Source: Fibrobacteria bacterium (lineage in GTDB: Bacteria > Fibrobacterota > Chitinivibrionia > Chitinivibrionales > FEN-1185). Taken from it: a stretch of DNA of 64,000 bases. A model generated the notes under the pieces. That model made no database searches. It saw only the letters and a program-made list of their open reading frames with translations, and had not been told where the DNA came from. The DNA is taken from assembly GCA_037447435.1 (NCBI GenBank), contig JBBIGR010000022.1, positions 1-64,000 of the forward strand. Direction: 5' to 3'. Shown in pieces: positions 18,353 to 27,380 of the stretch (its first letter is position 1; each line of letters starts with the position of its first letter). A program made the position numbers and the translations under genes.

Positions 18353-19087
18353 ATGTTTTCAAATAAGATTGCTTTGATAACGGGCGGATCGCGCGGCATA
18401 GGCAAGGCCATAGTCGCCGATTTACGCGCAAAAAACGCAACCGTTTATTTTACGTATCATCGCCATGAAGACGCGGCGCTCGCTACCGCAACCGAAACCG
18501 GTGCGATCCGTATGCTGTGCAACCAAACCGATACCGCCGCAGTGGACGGCGTCGTCGAAACGATTGTCGGAAAAGAAGGCCGTATTGATATCCTTGTCAA
18601 CAATGCCGGAATAACCTCCGACCAATACATCATGATGATGCCTGTTGATGAATGGCAACGCGTCATCGATACGAACCTGACCGGCGCATTCCGGTTTGCC
18701 AAGGCAGTCGTACGCCCCATGATGACCGCAAAACAGGGAGTCATCGTAAATATCGCTTCGGTTTCGGGACTTGTGGGCATCGGCGGGCAGACGAATTATG
18801 CGGCTTCGAAAGGCGCATTGCTTGCGCTCACACGTTCGCTTGCAGCCGAGCTGGGACCGCGGGGAATACGGGTGAATGCGGTTGTGCCCGGGTTCATAGA
18901 AACCGATATGACCGCTAAAATGCCGCGGCAAATAAAACAACAGAATGTGGCGCGCATCCTTGCCAAACGGTTCGGTTCTGCCCGGGAAATAGCGTCCGTG
19001 GTTTCGTTCCTCGCTTCCGACGCATCGTCGTATATCATGGGTCAAGCTATCGTCGTTGACGGCGGCCTTACCGCAACGGTTGTGTGA
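18353..19087 (+). CDS. fabG: 3-oxoacyl-ACP reductase (SDR)
   Basis: TGGSRGIG, NNAGITSD, NYAASKG, VPGFIETDMT, VDGG. Confidence 0.92.
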   Translation: MFSNKIALITGGSRGIGKAIVADLRAKNATVYFTYHRHEDAALATATETGAIRMLCNQTDTAAVDGVVETIVGKEGRIDILVNNAGITSDQYIMMMPVDEWQRVIDTNLTGAFRFAKAVVRPMMTAKQGVIVNIASVSGLVGIGGQTNYAASKGALLALTRSLAAELGPRGIRVNAVVPGFIETDMTAKMPRQIKQQNVARILAKRFGSAREIASVVSFLASDASSYIMGQAIVVDGGLTATVV

Positions 19088-19091
19088 TCGT

Positions 19092-20036
19092 ATGGACCTT
19101 GTTTTTCTTTTTCCGGGTCAGGGATCGCAGGAAATCGGCATGGGCCAGGACCTTTTCAAGGACGATACCCATTTTAAGTCGCTGATTTCCCTGGCAAGCG
19201 ATATCACCCATGAAGATCTTGAAAAATTGTGCCTTCGCGGACCAGAAAAACGGCTTCGCAAAGCCCATTATTTGCAACCCTTGCTCGCCGCCGTTTCTTT
19301 GGGATATTATAATCGGGTAAAACAGGCGGGTCTTTTCCCTTCGCTCGTACTCGGGCATTCTCTGGGCGAAATCACGTCGCTGGCCGCTTCCGGGGTCGTA
19401 TCGGACGAGGATGCCGTCGCGATTGCCGCTAAGCGGGGCGAACTGATGGACATTGCCGCATCGCAATGCGACGGCGGAATGCTTGCGGTGTTGTTCGTCG
19501 AACTCGACACGGTCAGATCGTTGCTCGCCGAGATAGGCCGCAGCGACAGGATCGTTTTGGCAAATGATAATGCGCCGAATCAAATCGTTGTTTCGGGCGA
19601 TACTGTCTTGCTTGCCCGGTTTTCGGCAATGGTCAGCGAACGGGGGCTTGGCAAGTGCAAAAGTATCATGGTTTCCGGGCCGTGGCACAGTCCGTTTATG
19701 GCTTTTGCCCATGAACAGTTCCGGACCTGGGTCGAAACGATTTCCTTTCGCGCTCCTCGATTTCCGCTTATGCTCAATGCCACCGCGCAATGCGAAACCG
19801 ATCCGCAAGCCATACGAACGCTCATCACCAATCAACTGATTTCACCGGTGTACTGGCGCGCGTGCATGAATGCGGTGCGCGCGAAACATACGGATGCATT
19901 TTTGGAAATCGGCCCGCAACGCGTTCTCTCGGGTCTCATACGTGTAAACGGTTTTCCGAAAGATACCGTTATTTATAATGTGAATAATTTGGTCGGATGC
20001 CAACGGGCCGCAGACGCACTTTCCCCGCCGCTCTAG
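19092..20036 (+). CDS. fabD: Malonyl-CoA:ACP transacylase
   Basis: FPGQGSQ, GHSLGE, R in AKRGELM, SGPWHS, EIGP; start moved to ATG 19092. Confidence 0.9.
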   Translation: MDLVFLFPGQGSQEIGMGQDLFKDDTHFKSLISLASDITHEDLEKLCLRGPEKRLRKAHYLQPLLAAVSLGYYNRVKQAGLFPSLVLGHSLGEITSLAASGVVSDEDAVAIAAKRGELMDIAASQCDGGMLAVLFVELDTVRSLLAEIGRSDRIVLANDNAPNQIVVSGDTVLLARFSAMVSERGLGKCKSIMVSGPWHSPFMAFAHEQFRTWVETISFRAPRFPLMLNATAQCETDPQAIRTLITNQLISPVYWRACMNAVRAKHTDAFLEIGPQRVLSGLIRVNGFPKDTVIYNVNNLVGCQRAADALSPPL

Positions 20037-20039
20037 GTA

Positions 20040-21131
20040 CTAAACCACCGGGGGCGGAAAATACCTGTCTAAACGGGAAAAAATGAACTTGTCCCCCGAG
20101 AGAATGATTTCTTTATTGACAAGAGCATCCCGCATATTGATTTGACGGGTAAAAACCTTAGCCCAGGTTTGAGGAGAACTTTTTACCACCAGGTCCGGCT
20201 TTCCCGTAAGCGATTCGTAAAAATCGCATTTCCCGTGATCTATGCGCAAGGTGAATCCCAACGCCGTTTCTTTATCCGAAAAGTCAAAGTGCAAAGTCGT
20301 CTTCAACTTGGCGGTAGCCGCAGGGTCTATGCTTCGCGCCATTTCCTGCATCAGGATGCGCACATCGGTAGTGACTTTTGAGCATAGTAAATCGAGATCC
20401 CAGGATTTTTCGCCGAGGGCAACCGCATGTTCCCAATAAATATTGGAGTATTTTTTGAAATAAGGGATGTCGGCCGACAGCGGCGTTTCGGCCTTTTCCT
20501 TTGTTTCCGAAGAAATTGTCCCGTGGGTTGCAATTTCGTATCCGGCCTTGACAAAAGCAGCTTGAATCGTTTTTACCGTTTTGGGCTTTGCAAGGGTAAA
20601 CGGGAGTAAAAAAGATTCCGCCCGTGCCAGCTCTCCGCACAGCTCCATAGACACCGCATTGGCGTAATGGGTCATCATGGCGCGGATGCCGGAAAAAATC
20701 TCGTCGCCTTTGAATGCACCGACAACGATATAGGCCAGCTTTTTCGGCCATTTTTCCGGGAATCGAATCGTGTTGCGGACAGAGCCGAGCGGCGATTGCT
20801 CAAAGCACGGCATGGTAAGCGGTAACGTGCGGTCCAAAAAAGCCTTCAAGCTGCTGCTGACTGAGAAAGAGTTGAGCGGCGTTGCGCATACGACGATATC
20901 GGCATCGAGCAAATCATCCTGCAATGCCTGCATGTCGTCTTTGTAAAAACAACGTCCCGGAGAAGTTACCCAACACCGGTAGCAACCGATACACGCATTT
21001 ATGGAAAGCTTCGTAATGTCCCGGTCGATTATTTCGGCCGTTGCTTCGCGCATACCTTGGACGAAAAGATCGGTAAGTTGCGCCGTATATCCGTTTTTTC
21101 GCGGATAGCTTCGTAATAATAAAATTTTCAT
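20040..21131 (-). CDS. Iron-sulfur flavoprotein (flavodoxin-like) fused to SCP2 lipid-binding domain
   Basis: SYPRKNGYT FMN loop, CIGCYRCW....GRC..KDDM (Cx2Cx2Cx7C), ATP...S.SLKAFLDR; C-terminal SCP2-like FDF...FTLRIDHGKC...PDL...I.LSGD. Confidence 0.8.
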   Translation of the reverse strand: MKILLLRSYPRKNGYTAQLTDLFVQGMREATAEIIDRDITKLSINACIGCYRCWVTSPGRCFYKDDMQALQDDLLDADIVVCATPLNSFSVSSSLKAFLDRTLPLTMPCFEQSPLGSVRNTIRFPEKWPKKLAYIVVGAFKGDEIFSGIRAMMTHYANAVSMELCGELARAESFLLPFTLAKPKTVKTIQAAFVKAGYEIATHGTISSETKEKAETPLSADIPYFKKYSNIYWEHAVALGEKSWDLDLLCSKVTTDVRILMQEMARSIDPAATAKLKTTLHFDFSDKETALGFTLRIDHGKCDFYESLTGKPDLVVKSSPQTWAKVFTRQINMRDALVNKEIILSGDKFIFSRLDRYFPPPVV

Positions 21132-21595
21132 ATGGATCCGTTTATCATAGCAAGGGTGAGATTGCCTTTGGCGATAATTTTATGCTTTACATGTGCTTCG
21201 ACGGCATACGTAAACAAGGTGCCGAAATTCCGTTCGAAGGAAGAGACAAGCGATAGCGTTTCGCCGGGGTACGATGGATTGATAAATTTCATTGTCGATG
21301 CCGCAAGAAAAAAAATCTGCGGGGGTTCGGTTGTGCCTTGACCCGAGACCTTTTTTGAAAAACCCCATAAAAGCCCGCTTGTTTGCGCAAGCGCGTCTGT
21401 GACCAATACGCCGGGCATGATTTTTTTCTGTGGAAAATGACCGGCAAAATGGGGCTCGTCTTCGCGAATAAGTCGTGTCGCCTCAATATGCTTGTCGGGT
21501 ACGAACCTTACGATTTTGTCGACAAATAAAAACGGGGGCCGATGAGGCAATATCGCACAAATTTCTTCGAGCGTAAAAACCGTTTTATCGTTCAT
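21128..21595 (-). CDS. FabZ/FabA-family 3-hydroxyacyl-ACP dehydratase
   Basis: LPHRPPFLFVD, FAGHFP...MPGVLVTDALAQ; start at ATG 21595, ATGA overlaps at both ends. Confidence 0.9.
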   Translation of the reverse strand: MNDKTVFTLEEICAILPHRPPFLFVDKIVRFVPDKHIEATRLIREDEPHFAGHFPQKKIMPGVLVTDALAQTSGLLWGFSKKVSGQGTTEPPQIFFLAASTMKFINPSYPGETLSLVSSFERNFGTLFTYAVEAHVKHKIIAKGNLTLAMINGSI

Positions 21596-22431
21596 AATCG
21601 CTCCGTCGCAGACGGCGGGAACCGGTCGGATTTCTGGTCCCAATAGGTGTTTTTGTCAAGTTCTTCCAACACCGCTTTCATTTGGTCGTGCACTCGGCAG
21701 GCAAATTGCGACGACCGTTCTTGGGGCAGAGCATTGCTGGGGGTAAGGAAACGGACCGTATAATTGAAACGGAATTTAGGGTATAAACTGCCCTTTGTCC
21801 TGGCCATGAACGGCAAATCGGTATGGATGATGACCGGTACTATCGGCCGTGCGGTTTCCAACGCGATTTTAAAGGCGAAATCTTTAAAATCCATAAGCCC
21901 GCCTTTTTTTCCGCGCGTTCCTTCGGGAAAGACGAGCAAGTTTTTTCCCAGAGCGAGAACTTGTCTGCATCGATCGAGAGCAATTGAAACGCCTTTTATC
22001 GAGTCCGAATCGGCGCGTACGAAATCGAGGTATTTGACAAATGTAGAATATATCGGCAGACGGGAATATTTCGGTTTGATGAGCACGCCGGTTTCGGGTA
22101 AAATCGAGAGCAATAAAAGTGCATCGAGTTTGCCGCGATGGTTTGCAATGAAAATGGAATTTCGCATTTTTGCTTTATCGTATCCTGAAACTTCGGCAAT
22201 CGAGTATACGCCCAGAAACGGCAACCATATCCTGGTAAGAAAAAACGTATACGTTTTTAGAATGCCGTACATTGCTTTTTTCATAAAACCGGGGTAAAAC
22301 GAAAGGACGAGCAAGAGCGGCAGGCCAAGGCACAGAAAAATAACGATTGCAACAAAGTAACTCAAATAACCAAGGCTTGTGGCCAGAATGCGAACAAGAT
22401 ACAGTGGTGATCTTTTTAGCTTTTGTCTCAT
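21592..22431 (-). CDS. PlsC-family lysophospholipid acyltransferase
   Basis: NHRGKLD (HxxxxD), VFPEGTR, PIVPV; N-terminal hydrophobic segment. Confidence 0.9.
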   Translation of the reverse strand: MRQKLKRSPLYLVRILATSLGYLSYFVAIVIFLCLGLPLLLVLSFYPGFMKKAMYGILKTYTFFLTRIWLPFLGVYSIAEVSGYDKAKMRNSIFIANHRGKLDALLLLSILPETGVLIKPKYSRLPIYSTFVKYLDFVRADSDSIKGVSIALDRCRQVLALGKNLLVFPEGTRGKKGGLMDFKDFAFKIALETARPIVPVIIHTDLPFMARTKGSLYPKFRFNYTVRFLTPSNALPQERSSQFACRVHDQMKAVLEELDKNTYWDQKSDRFPPSATERL

Positions 22432-22443
22432 GGATACCGTATG

Positions 22444-22989
22444 TTAAAACGGACTTTGGATATCTTTCAATTTCGGCAATGCCGCGTCTTTTTTCGACAA
22501 AACAGGCTGTGTCGCGGGCCACGATATAGATAGATCCCCGTCATTGTAAAAGATGCCAGCATCATGCGACGGCGTATAATATTGATCTACTTTATACAGA
22601 AACTCGGTATCGTTGGTCAACGTGCAGTATCCATGGGCAAATCCTTTGGGAACAAAAAGCATTGTTTTATTTTCTTCGGAAAGGGTTATGCCGAACGACG
22701 TACCGAATGTCGGAGAATCTTTCCGAAGGTCAACGACAACATCGTATACGGCTCCGCGAACGACGCGCACCAATTTGCTCTGCGCATAGGGCGGTTTTTG
22801 GAAATGTAATCCGCGCAATACCCCTTTTTCAAGCGACCGGGCATGATTGTCCTGGACATAATCGGTCGGGAGCCCGTGGTCGGCCATTTCCTTTGAAGAA
22901 TAGGATTCAAGAAAGAAACCGCGATTGTCTCCGTGGACAATCGGTTCTATAATCCATGCGCCCTTAATTTGCGTTTCAGTAAATTTCAT
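22444..22989 (-). CDS. rmlC: dTDP-4-dehydrorhamnose 3,5-epimerase
   Basis: DNRGFFLE, VQDNH.RS..GVLRGLHFQ, VPKGFAHG, LSKKD. Confidence 0.96.
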   Translation of the reverse strand: MKFTETQIKGAWIIEPIVHGDNRGFFLESYSSKEMADHGLPTDYVQDNHARSLEKGVLRGLHFQKPPYAQSKLVRVVRGAVYDVVVDLRKDSPTFGTSFGITLSEENKTMLFVPKGFAHGYCTLTNDTEFLYKVDQYYTPSHDAGIFYNDGDLSISWPATQPVLSKKDAALPKLKDIQSPF

Positions 22990-22995
22990 AAGTGT

Positions 22996-23868
22996 TTACC
23001 GTTTCCCGTTTGCCAATTGAAGCAGGTACGTGCCGTAACTGTTTTTTTTCATCGGTTCGGCAAGTTTTATTAATTGGTCATTTGAAATATAGCCGAGACG
23101 GAAGGCAACTTCTTCCGGGCAGGATACCAAAAGTCCCTGGCGGGATTGTATGGTTTCGACAAACACCGAGGCCTGGAGCATGGATTCATGCGTTCCGGTA
23201 TCCAGCCATGCAACGCCGCGCCCGAGCAGTTCGACGTCGAGTTCTCCTTTGGCAAGATAGCAGCGGTTCAAATCGGTTATTTCAAGTTCGCCGCGAGGGG
23301 ATGCTTTGAGGTTTTCCGCATAGCCGACGACCTTGTTATCATAAAAGTAAAGGCCGGTTACCGCATACGGGGACACCGGCGTTTTGGGCTTTTCGACCAA
23401 ACTAATGGGTTTGTTATTCTTGTCTAGTTCCACAACACCGTACCGTTCGGGGTCGTTTACCCAGTATCCGAAAACCGTAGCTCCCTGCTTTTTTTTCGCT
23501 GCGGCCACAAGCGATGAAACGAATCCGTGACCCCAGAAAATATTATCGCCCAGTACCAGGGCTACCGAATCGCTGCCGATAAATTCTTTCCCTACAATAA
23601 ATGCCTGGGCAATTCCTTCGGGTTTGGGTTGAACGGCATAGGAAATCGCGAGTCCCCATTGTGAGCCATTGCCCAACAGGCGTTTAAAGGCTTCGTTGTC
23701 ATGTGGGGTGGTAATAACTAAAATTTCCTTTATGCCGGCAAGCATTAAAATCGAAAGCGGGTAATAAACCATCGGCTTGTCATATACCGGCATCAGTTGT
23801 TTGCAAACAGCCATTGTAACGGGAAAAAGCCGTGTACCCGACCCGCCTGCAAGAATAATACCTTTCAT
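22996..23868 (-). CDS. rmlA: Glucose-1-phosphate thymidylyltransferase
   Basis: [40 protein letters not shown]. Confidence 0.97.
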   Translation of the reverse strand: MKGIILAGGSGTRLFPVTMAVCKQLMPVYDKPMVYYPLSILMLAGIKEILVITTPHDNEAFKRLLGNGSQWGLAISYAVQPKPEGIAQAFIVGKEFIGSDSVALVLGDNIFWGHGFVSSLVAAAKKKQGATVFGYWVNDPERYGVVELDKNNKPISLVEKPKTPVSPYAVTGLYFYDNKVVGYAENLKASPRGELEITDLNRCYLAKGELDVELLGRGVAWLDTGTHESMLQASVFVETIQSRQGLLVSCPEEVAFRLGYISNDQLIKLAEPMKKNSYGTYLLQLANGKR

Positions 23869-23924
23869 GGATACCCCTGAAAAGATGTAAGGTTAAAGCG
23901 TTTTTAGACCATATAAAATAAATC

Positions 23925-23946
23925 GGGGCGTTTTACTAAACGCCCC
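23925..23946 (-). terminator. Intrinsic terminator-like hairpin downstream of the OM barrel gene
   Basis: GGGGCGTTT-tact-AAACGCCCC perfect 9-bp stem, T-rich tail on the minus strand. Confidence 0.55.
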
Positions 23947-24042
23947 AGAAAAACAAAATACAGGATTCGAATAACGGATTAGTACCTATATCTGGATTAT
24001 ATACGCATTTTGCGTATTATAATGTTAACCTATCCCACGGGG

Positions 24043-24801
24043 TTAGAAATAAAATGCGAGCGTCAGCGCACCCAAAGCAGCGACGCCGACTTGCCAGGTG
24101 GAGCCGACTTTTGTCTTTGTTGTAAGACTTCCTGTGGTGACTTCCTCGTCCGCTCTGGAAGTTAATGACCATCCCAATTGATATTCCGCACTCAAACTTA
24201 ATTCCTTAATGATAAAGAATTCTACACCGCCAATAGCGCCGATGCTAAATTTTGTGCCGCCTAAAAAAGTGTTCCCGTTAATTGTTTCTCCGTCTGCGGC
24301 TCCAACGCCAAAATTGTTTTTTGTAATTGTTTGATTGGCCGGAGGATTTCCAACTTCGGCAGTTTTTCGCTCGGTCGATGTCAATGTTAATCCTAAACCT
24401 CCGCCGAAATAAGGGCTGACTCTAGTTTTAAGCAAATGATATTCGGCGGCTGCGGAAATGCCGAAACGTGTTGCAGAAATACTACCATCGGTACCTTGTT
24501 GGGTTGCAGCAGGGTTCGCTGCAATGCCTTGCCCTGCCGTCATAAATTGAATTCCGGCGCGAACAGCGAGGGGATCGGAAAAATAATATTTAGCGCCAAT
24601 TCCGCCGTCAAAAGCGTTTGCACCTAAAATTGACAATCCGCTAAATGAAAATAGGACAGCTTTTGAACCTGCGGATACCGAGGTTGTTATATCATCGGCA
24701 AAACTCGATGAGGCAGGAACAATCAGGGATAAGACAAGAGCGCCGATAACCGTAATCTTTTTTGAATTTGCGAAAGCCATCCGAGCAAAACGACTAACCA
24801 T
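24043..24801 (-). CDS. Outer-membrane beta-barrel protein
   Basis: Signal peptide, amphipathic strands (GAKYYF, SPYFGGGLG, GGVEFF, SAEYQ), C-terminal YF. Confidence 0.85.
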   Translation of the reverse strand: MVSRFARMAFANSKKITVIGALVLSLIVPASSSFADDITTSVSAGSKAVLFSFSGLSILGANAFDGGIGAKYYFSDPLAVRAGIQFMTAGQGIAANPAATQQGTDGSISATRFGISAAAEYHLLKTRVSPYFGGGLGLTLTSTERKTAEVGNPPANQTITKNNFGVGAADGETINGNTFLGGTKFSIGAIGGVEFFIIKELSLSAEYQLGWSLTSRADEEVTTGSLTTKTKVGSTWQVGVAALGALTLAFYF

Positions 24802-24936
24802 GAAAGACTCCTTTCAAAAAGGTTGTTCTCAACAGCCGGGTAATATAATGAGAAAAATAGTGTTGAAAAGCTACAGCAATAATATGACTATTCACGGCCG
24901 TTGCTGTCAAATAAAAAACAAAAAGCTCATGTAAGC

Positions 24937-25353
24937 CTACTCGCCGATAACTTGTACAAAGATGTTTCTCGTTCTTGGTCTGTTGTCATGGTCTATTACC
25001 ACTATTTGCTGCCAAGTTCCCAGAACAAGGTCTTTGTTGCTAAACGGGACTGTTATGCCCGGCCCCATCAGGGTTGCGCGAATATGGGAAAATCCGTTGT
25101 CGTCTCCCCAGGTTTCGGAATGCCGGCTTTTCAGATTGCTGGGTACCAGTTCGTTTAAATGATCTTTCATGTCCTGAGCGAGAGCGGGTTCGAATTCTAT
25201 AGTGGAGATCGAAGCCGTTGACCCGACCACGAAAATTGTGGCGATACCGTTGGAAAGCCCGGAATCCGCAATGATAAGCGAAATTTGATTCGTGATATCG
25301 ACAATATCGGAATATCCTTTCGTCGCGACTGAAAAATTTTGCCCGAATACCAT
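24937..25353 (-). CDS. yjbQ: YjbQ/UPF0047 family protein
   Basis: DIVDIT, GSTAS...E, DNGFSHIRATL.G, LGTWQQI...D.D. Confidence 0.9.
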   Translation of the reverse strand: MVFGQNFSVATKGYSDIVDITNQISLIIADSGLSNGIATIFVVGSTASISTIEFEPALAQDMKDHLNELVPSNLKSRHSETWGDDNGFSHIRATLMGPGITVPFSNKDLVLGTWQQIVVIDHDNRPRTRNIFVQVIGE

Positions 25354-25494
25354 TATTGACTCCTTACGAATATGTTTTTCGCCGGTTCAAGCCCTCACAG
25401 CTTTTGCGAGGGGCCTTAATTTGGAAATAACAAATATATCTTCAAGGATAAAAATTATTTTGATAAAGTAAAAAAAACAAAGGGAATATCAATA

Positions 25495-26421
25495 ATGTCG
25501 GATCTTGAAAAGAATGTCGATTCATTTTTGGAATATCTTTTAAAGGAAAAGGGTTATTCGGGCCTTACGATTGAGGCGTATAAACGGGATCTTCGGCAAT
25601 TCGGCGATTTCGTATCGCAAAATTACGGCGAAATCTCTTTTGAAGACATTATGAAAAAAGGTGTGCTGAGATCTTTTACGTTTTCCATGGGTGATATGAC
25701 GTTAAAGCCGCGTTCGGTGGCCCGGAAAATAGCCGCGTTGAAATCGTTTTCAAAATTTTGTCTCAAGAGAAAATTGATAGGTATCAATGGCGCCAAATTG
25801 CTGGCAACACCAAAGCTCGACAAACCGCTTCCGGCTTTTTTAACCGAAGCCCAGGCAGGGAATCTCGAAAATAAACAACCCGTACCGGGGACCGCCGCTA
25901 CTGCGTTGGCAGCACTAAGGAACAAGGCTATTGTGGAATTGTTTTACGGCAGCGGCATGCGCCTTTCGGAATTGCATTCTTTGAATGTGGAGACTATAGA
26001 CCATAAAAAAGGAATCGTGAGGGTGATGGGAAAAGGGCGAAAAGAAAGGGTAGTTCCCGTTACCGAGGTTTCGCTTTCTACGATCAAACGCTATCTTGCA
26101 ACAAGGGAAAACGGGAAAGAATACGGTGCGCCGTTATTTTTAGGCGATAAGGGAAAGCGGATTTCAAAACGTCAAATAGAACGGATCGTTGAAAAGGAAT
26201 TGTCGGCCGTTAGCCAGCAGAAGAAGAAAAGCCCGCACGTCTTGAGGCATTCTTTCGCGACCCATTTGCTCGACCGGGGCGCCGATATACGAGCGGTCAA
26301 GGAACTGCTCGGCCATTCTTCATTAGCAACAACGCAGATTTATACTCATATGTCAAAAGAACACCTGCTTAAGGTTTACAACCAAGCGCATCCCCGGGCA
26401 AATGGCCAGGGGCCCACGTAA
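25495..26421 (+). CDS. xerC: Tyrosine recombinase XerC
   Basis: SAM-like N-domain, YGSGMRLSEL, GKGRKER, SPHVLRHSFATHLL.RGADIR.V.ELLGH..L.TTQIYTH. Confidence 0.88.
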   Translation: MSDLEKNVDSFLEYLLKEKGYSGLTIEAYKRDLRQFGDFVSQNYGEISFEDIMKKGVLRSFTFSMGDMTLKPRSVARKIAALKSFSKFCLKRKLIGINGAKLLATPKLDKPLPAFLTEAQAGNLENKQPVPGTAATALAALRNKAIVELFYGSGMRLSELHSLNVETIDHKKGIVRVMGKGRKERVVPVTEVSLSTIKRYLATRENGKEYGAPLFLGDKGKRISKRQIERIVEKELSAVSQQKKKSPHVLRHSFATHLLDRGADIRAVKELLGHSSLATTQIYTHMSKEHLLKVYNQAHPRANGQGPT

Positions 26422-26486
26422 AAAAAACGGGCCGGCACCTGTTCCTGCCGTCCCGTTTACCAGACCTTATGCTAACACTTTCCGGC

Positions 26487-27038
26487 TTACTCTTTATCGT
26501 GCCGTCTGTCTTTTTTGTCGGCACCGCCATCATTGCCGCCATGGTCCTTCTGCATTCCCATGAAAAAATCCTTGCTTAAAATCTTCTCGAATTGCTCTTT
26601 TGTTAAAATACCTTTCAGTTTCAGCATATGATCGGCCATGTGTTCGGCCATAGTCCGATGCTGATCGGCAAGTTGTTTTGCAAACCCGTATAAAACATCT
26701 TTGCTCGGAAGGGCTTTCAACAGTTCCTGCTTGCTTTTTTCCCGCAAATCTTTCATCTTTTCGAAGTTTGCTTTGCGGAATTGTTGCATGTCTTCGCGAA
26801 TAGCCTTGAGTTTTAATTTTTGATCGGCTGTCAACTTTAACTCCGACCACCATTTTTGACGGCTTGAATCCTGCATCGCTACTCGGCTCGAATCGGGCAT
26901 GGCGAAAACAGTTGCCGTATTGCCCAGAAAAACCGATAGCAGCAATGCGACAAGTGCCCACATTGCCGAGGAATGAGTTTTAGCAGTGAATGAATGAATG
27001 TTTTTCGCCTGGAAAATTTTTATATAAGTACTACCCAT
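26487..27038 (-). CDS. Spy/CpxP-family periplasmic protein
   Basis: Signal-like hydrophobic stretch, LKLTADQ and ILTKEQ (LTxxQ) motifs, Met/His-rich helices. Confidence 0.8.
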   Translation of the reverse strand: MGSTYIKIFQAKNIHSFTAKTHSSAMWALVALLLSVFLGNTATVFAMPDSSRVAMQDSSRQKWWSELKLTADQKLKLKAIREDMQQFRKANFEKMKDLREKSKQELLKALPSKDVLYGFAKQLADQHRTMAEHMADHMLKLKGILTKEQFEKILSKDFFMGMQKDHGGNDGGADKKDRRHDKE

Positions 27039-27056
27039 GTAATGCCTCCGAAAAAA

Positions 27057-27377
27057 TTAAGGTTGATATAAAACAGTTTCAATGTCCGGATCGGCGATCG
27101 TTGATCGCTCATCTTCATTATAAAATGTGTTAATAGAAGACAATTCGTCGATTATTTCCGAGCTGCTCGACACTTCCATGAGTTTGGGTTGTAAACCTCT
27201 ATACAGGCCTACGCTCAGGACAAGCGTTGCAGCCGCAAGCCAGATAGTTCGTGATATGAGGCTTTTGCGATGCAACGTTTTTTGTACGTTAAAGAATGCC
27301 TGGTCGGGCATTACCGGAATGTTGCAAAGCTCTTTTGCAAAACCAGTGGGAAGTTTTTCGTTTTGTTCCTGATCCAT
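27057..27377 (-). CDS. Single-pass membrane protein, probable anti-sigma factor
   Basis: WLAAATLVLSVG TM helix; directly downstream of the ECF sigma. Confidence 0.65.
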   Translation of the reverse strand: MDQEQNEKLPTGFAKELCNIPVMPDQAFFNVQKTLHRKSLISRTIWLAAATLVLSVGLYRGLQPKLMEVSSSSEIIDELSSINTFYNEDERSTIADPDIETVLYQP

Positions 27378-27380
27378 AAA

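Noticed and set aside
10756..22431. Labelling the cluster as a canonical aryl-polyene, ladderane or housekeeping FAS locus
   Set aside because: It lacks the APE acyl-ligase, glycosyltransferase and transport genes and lacks FabH/FabI; resemblance to ladderane loci is only at the level of enzyme classes, so the product cannot be assigned
24001..24017. Inverted repeat ATACGCA-TTT-TGCGTAT
   Set aside because: Short arm in AT-rich DNA with no second copy noticed; insufficient for a call
25495..26421. Tyrosine recombinase as a mobile-element or integron integrase
   Set aside because: Length and motifs are those of housekeeping XerC; no IntI insertion, att repeats or cargo boundary seen
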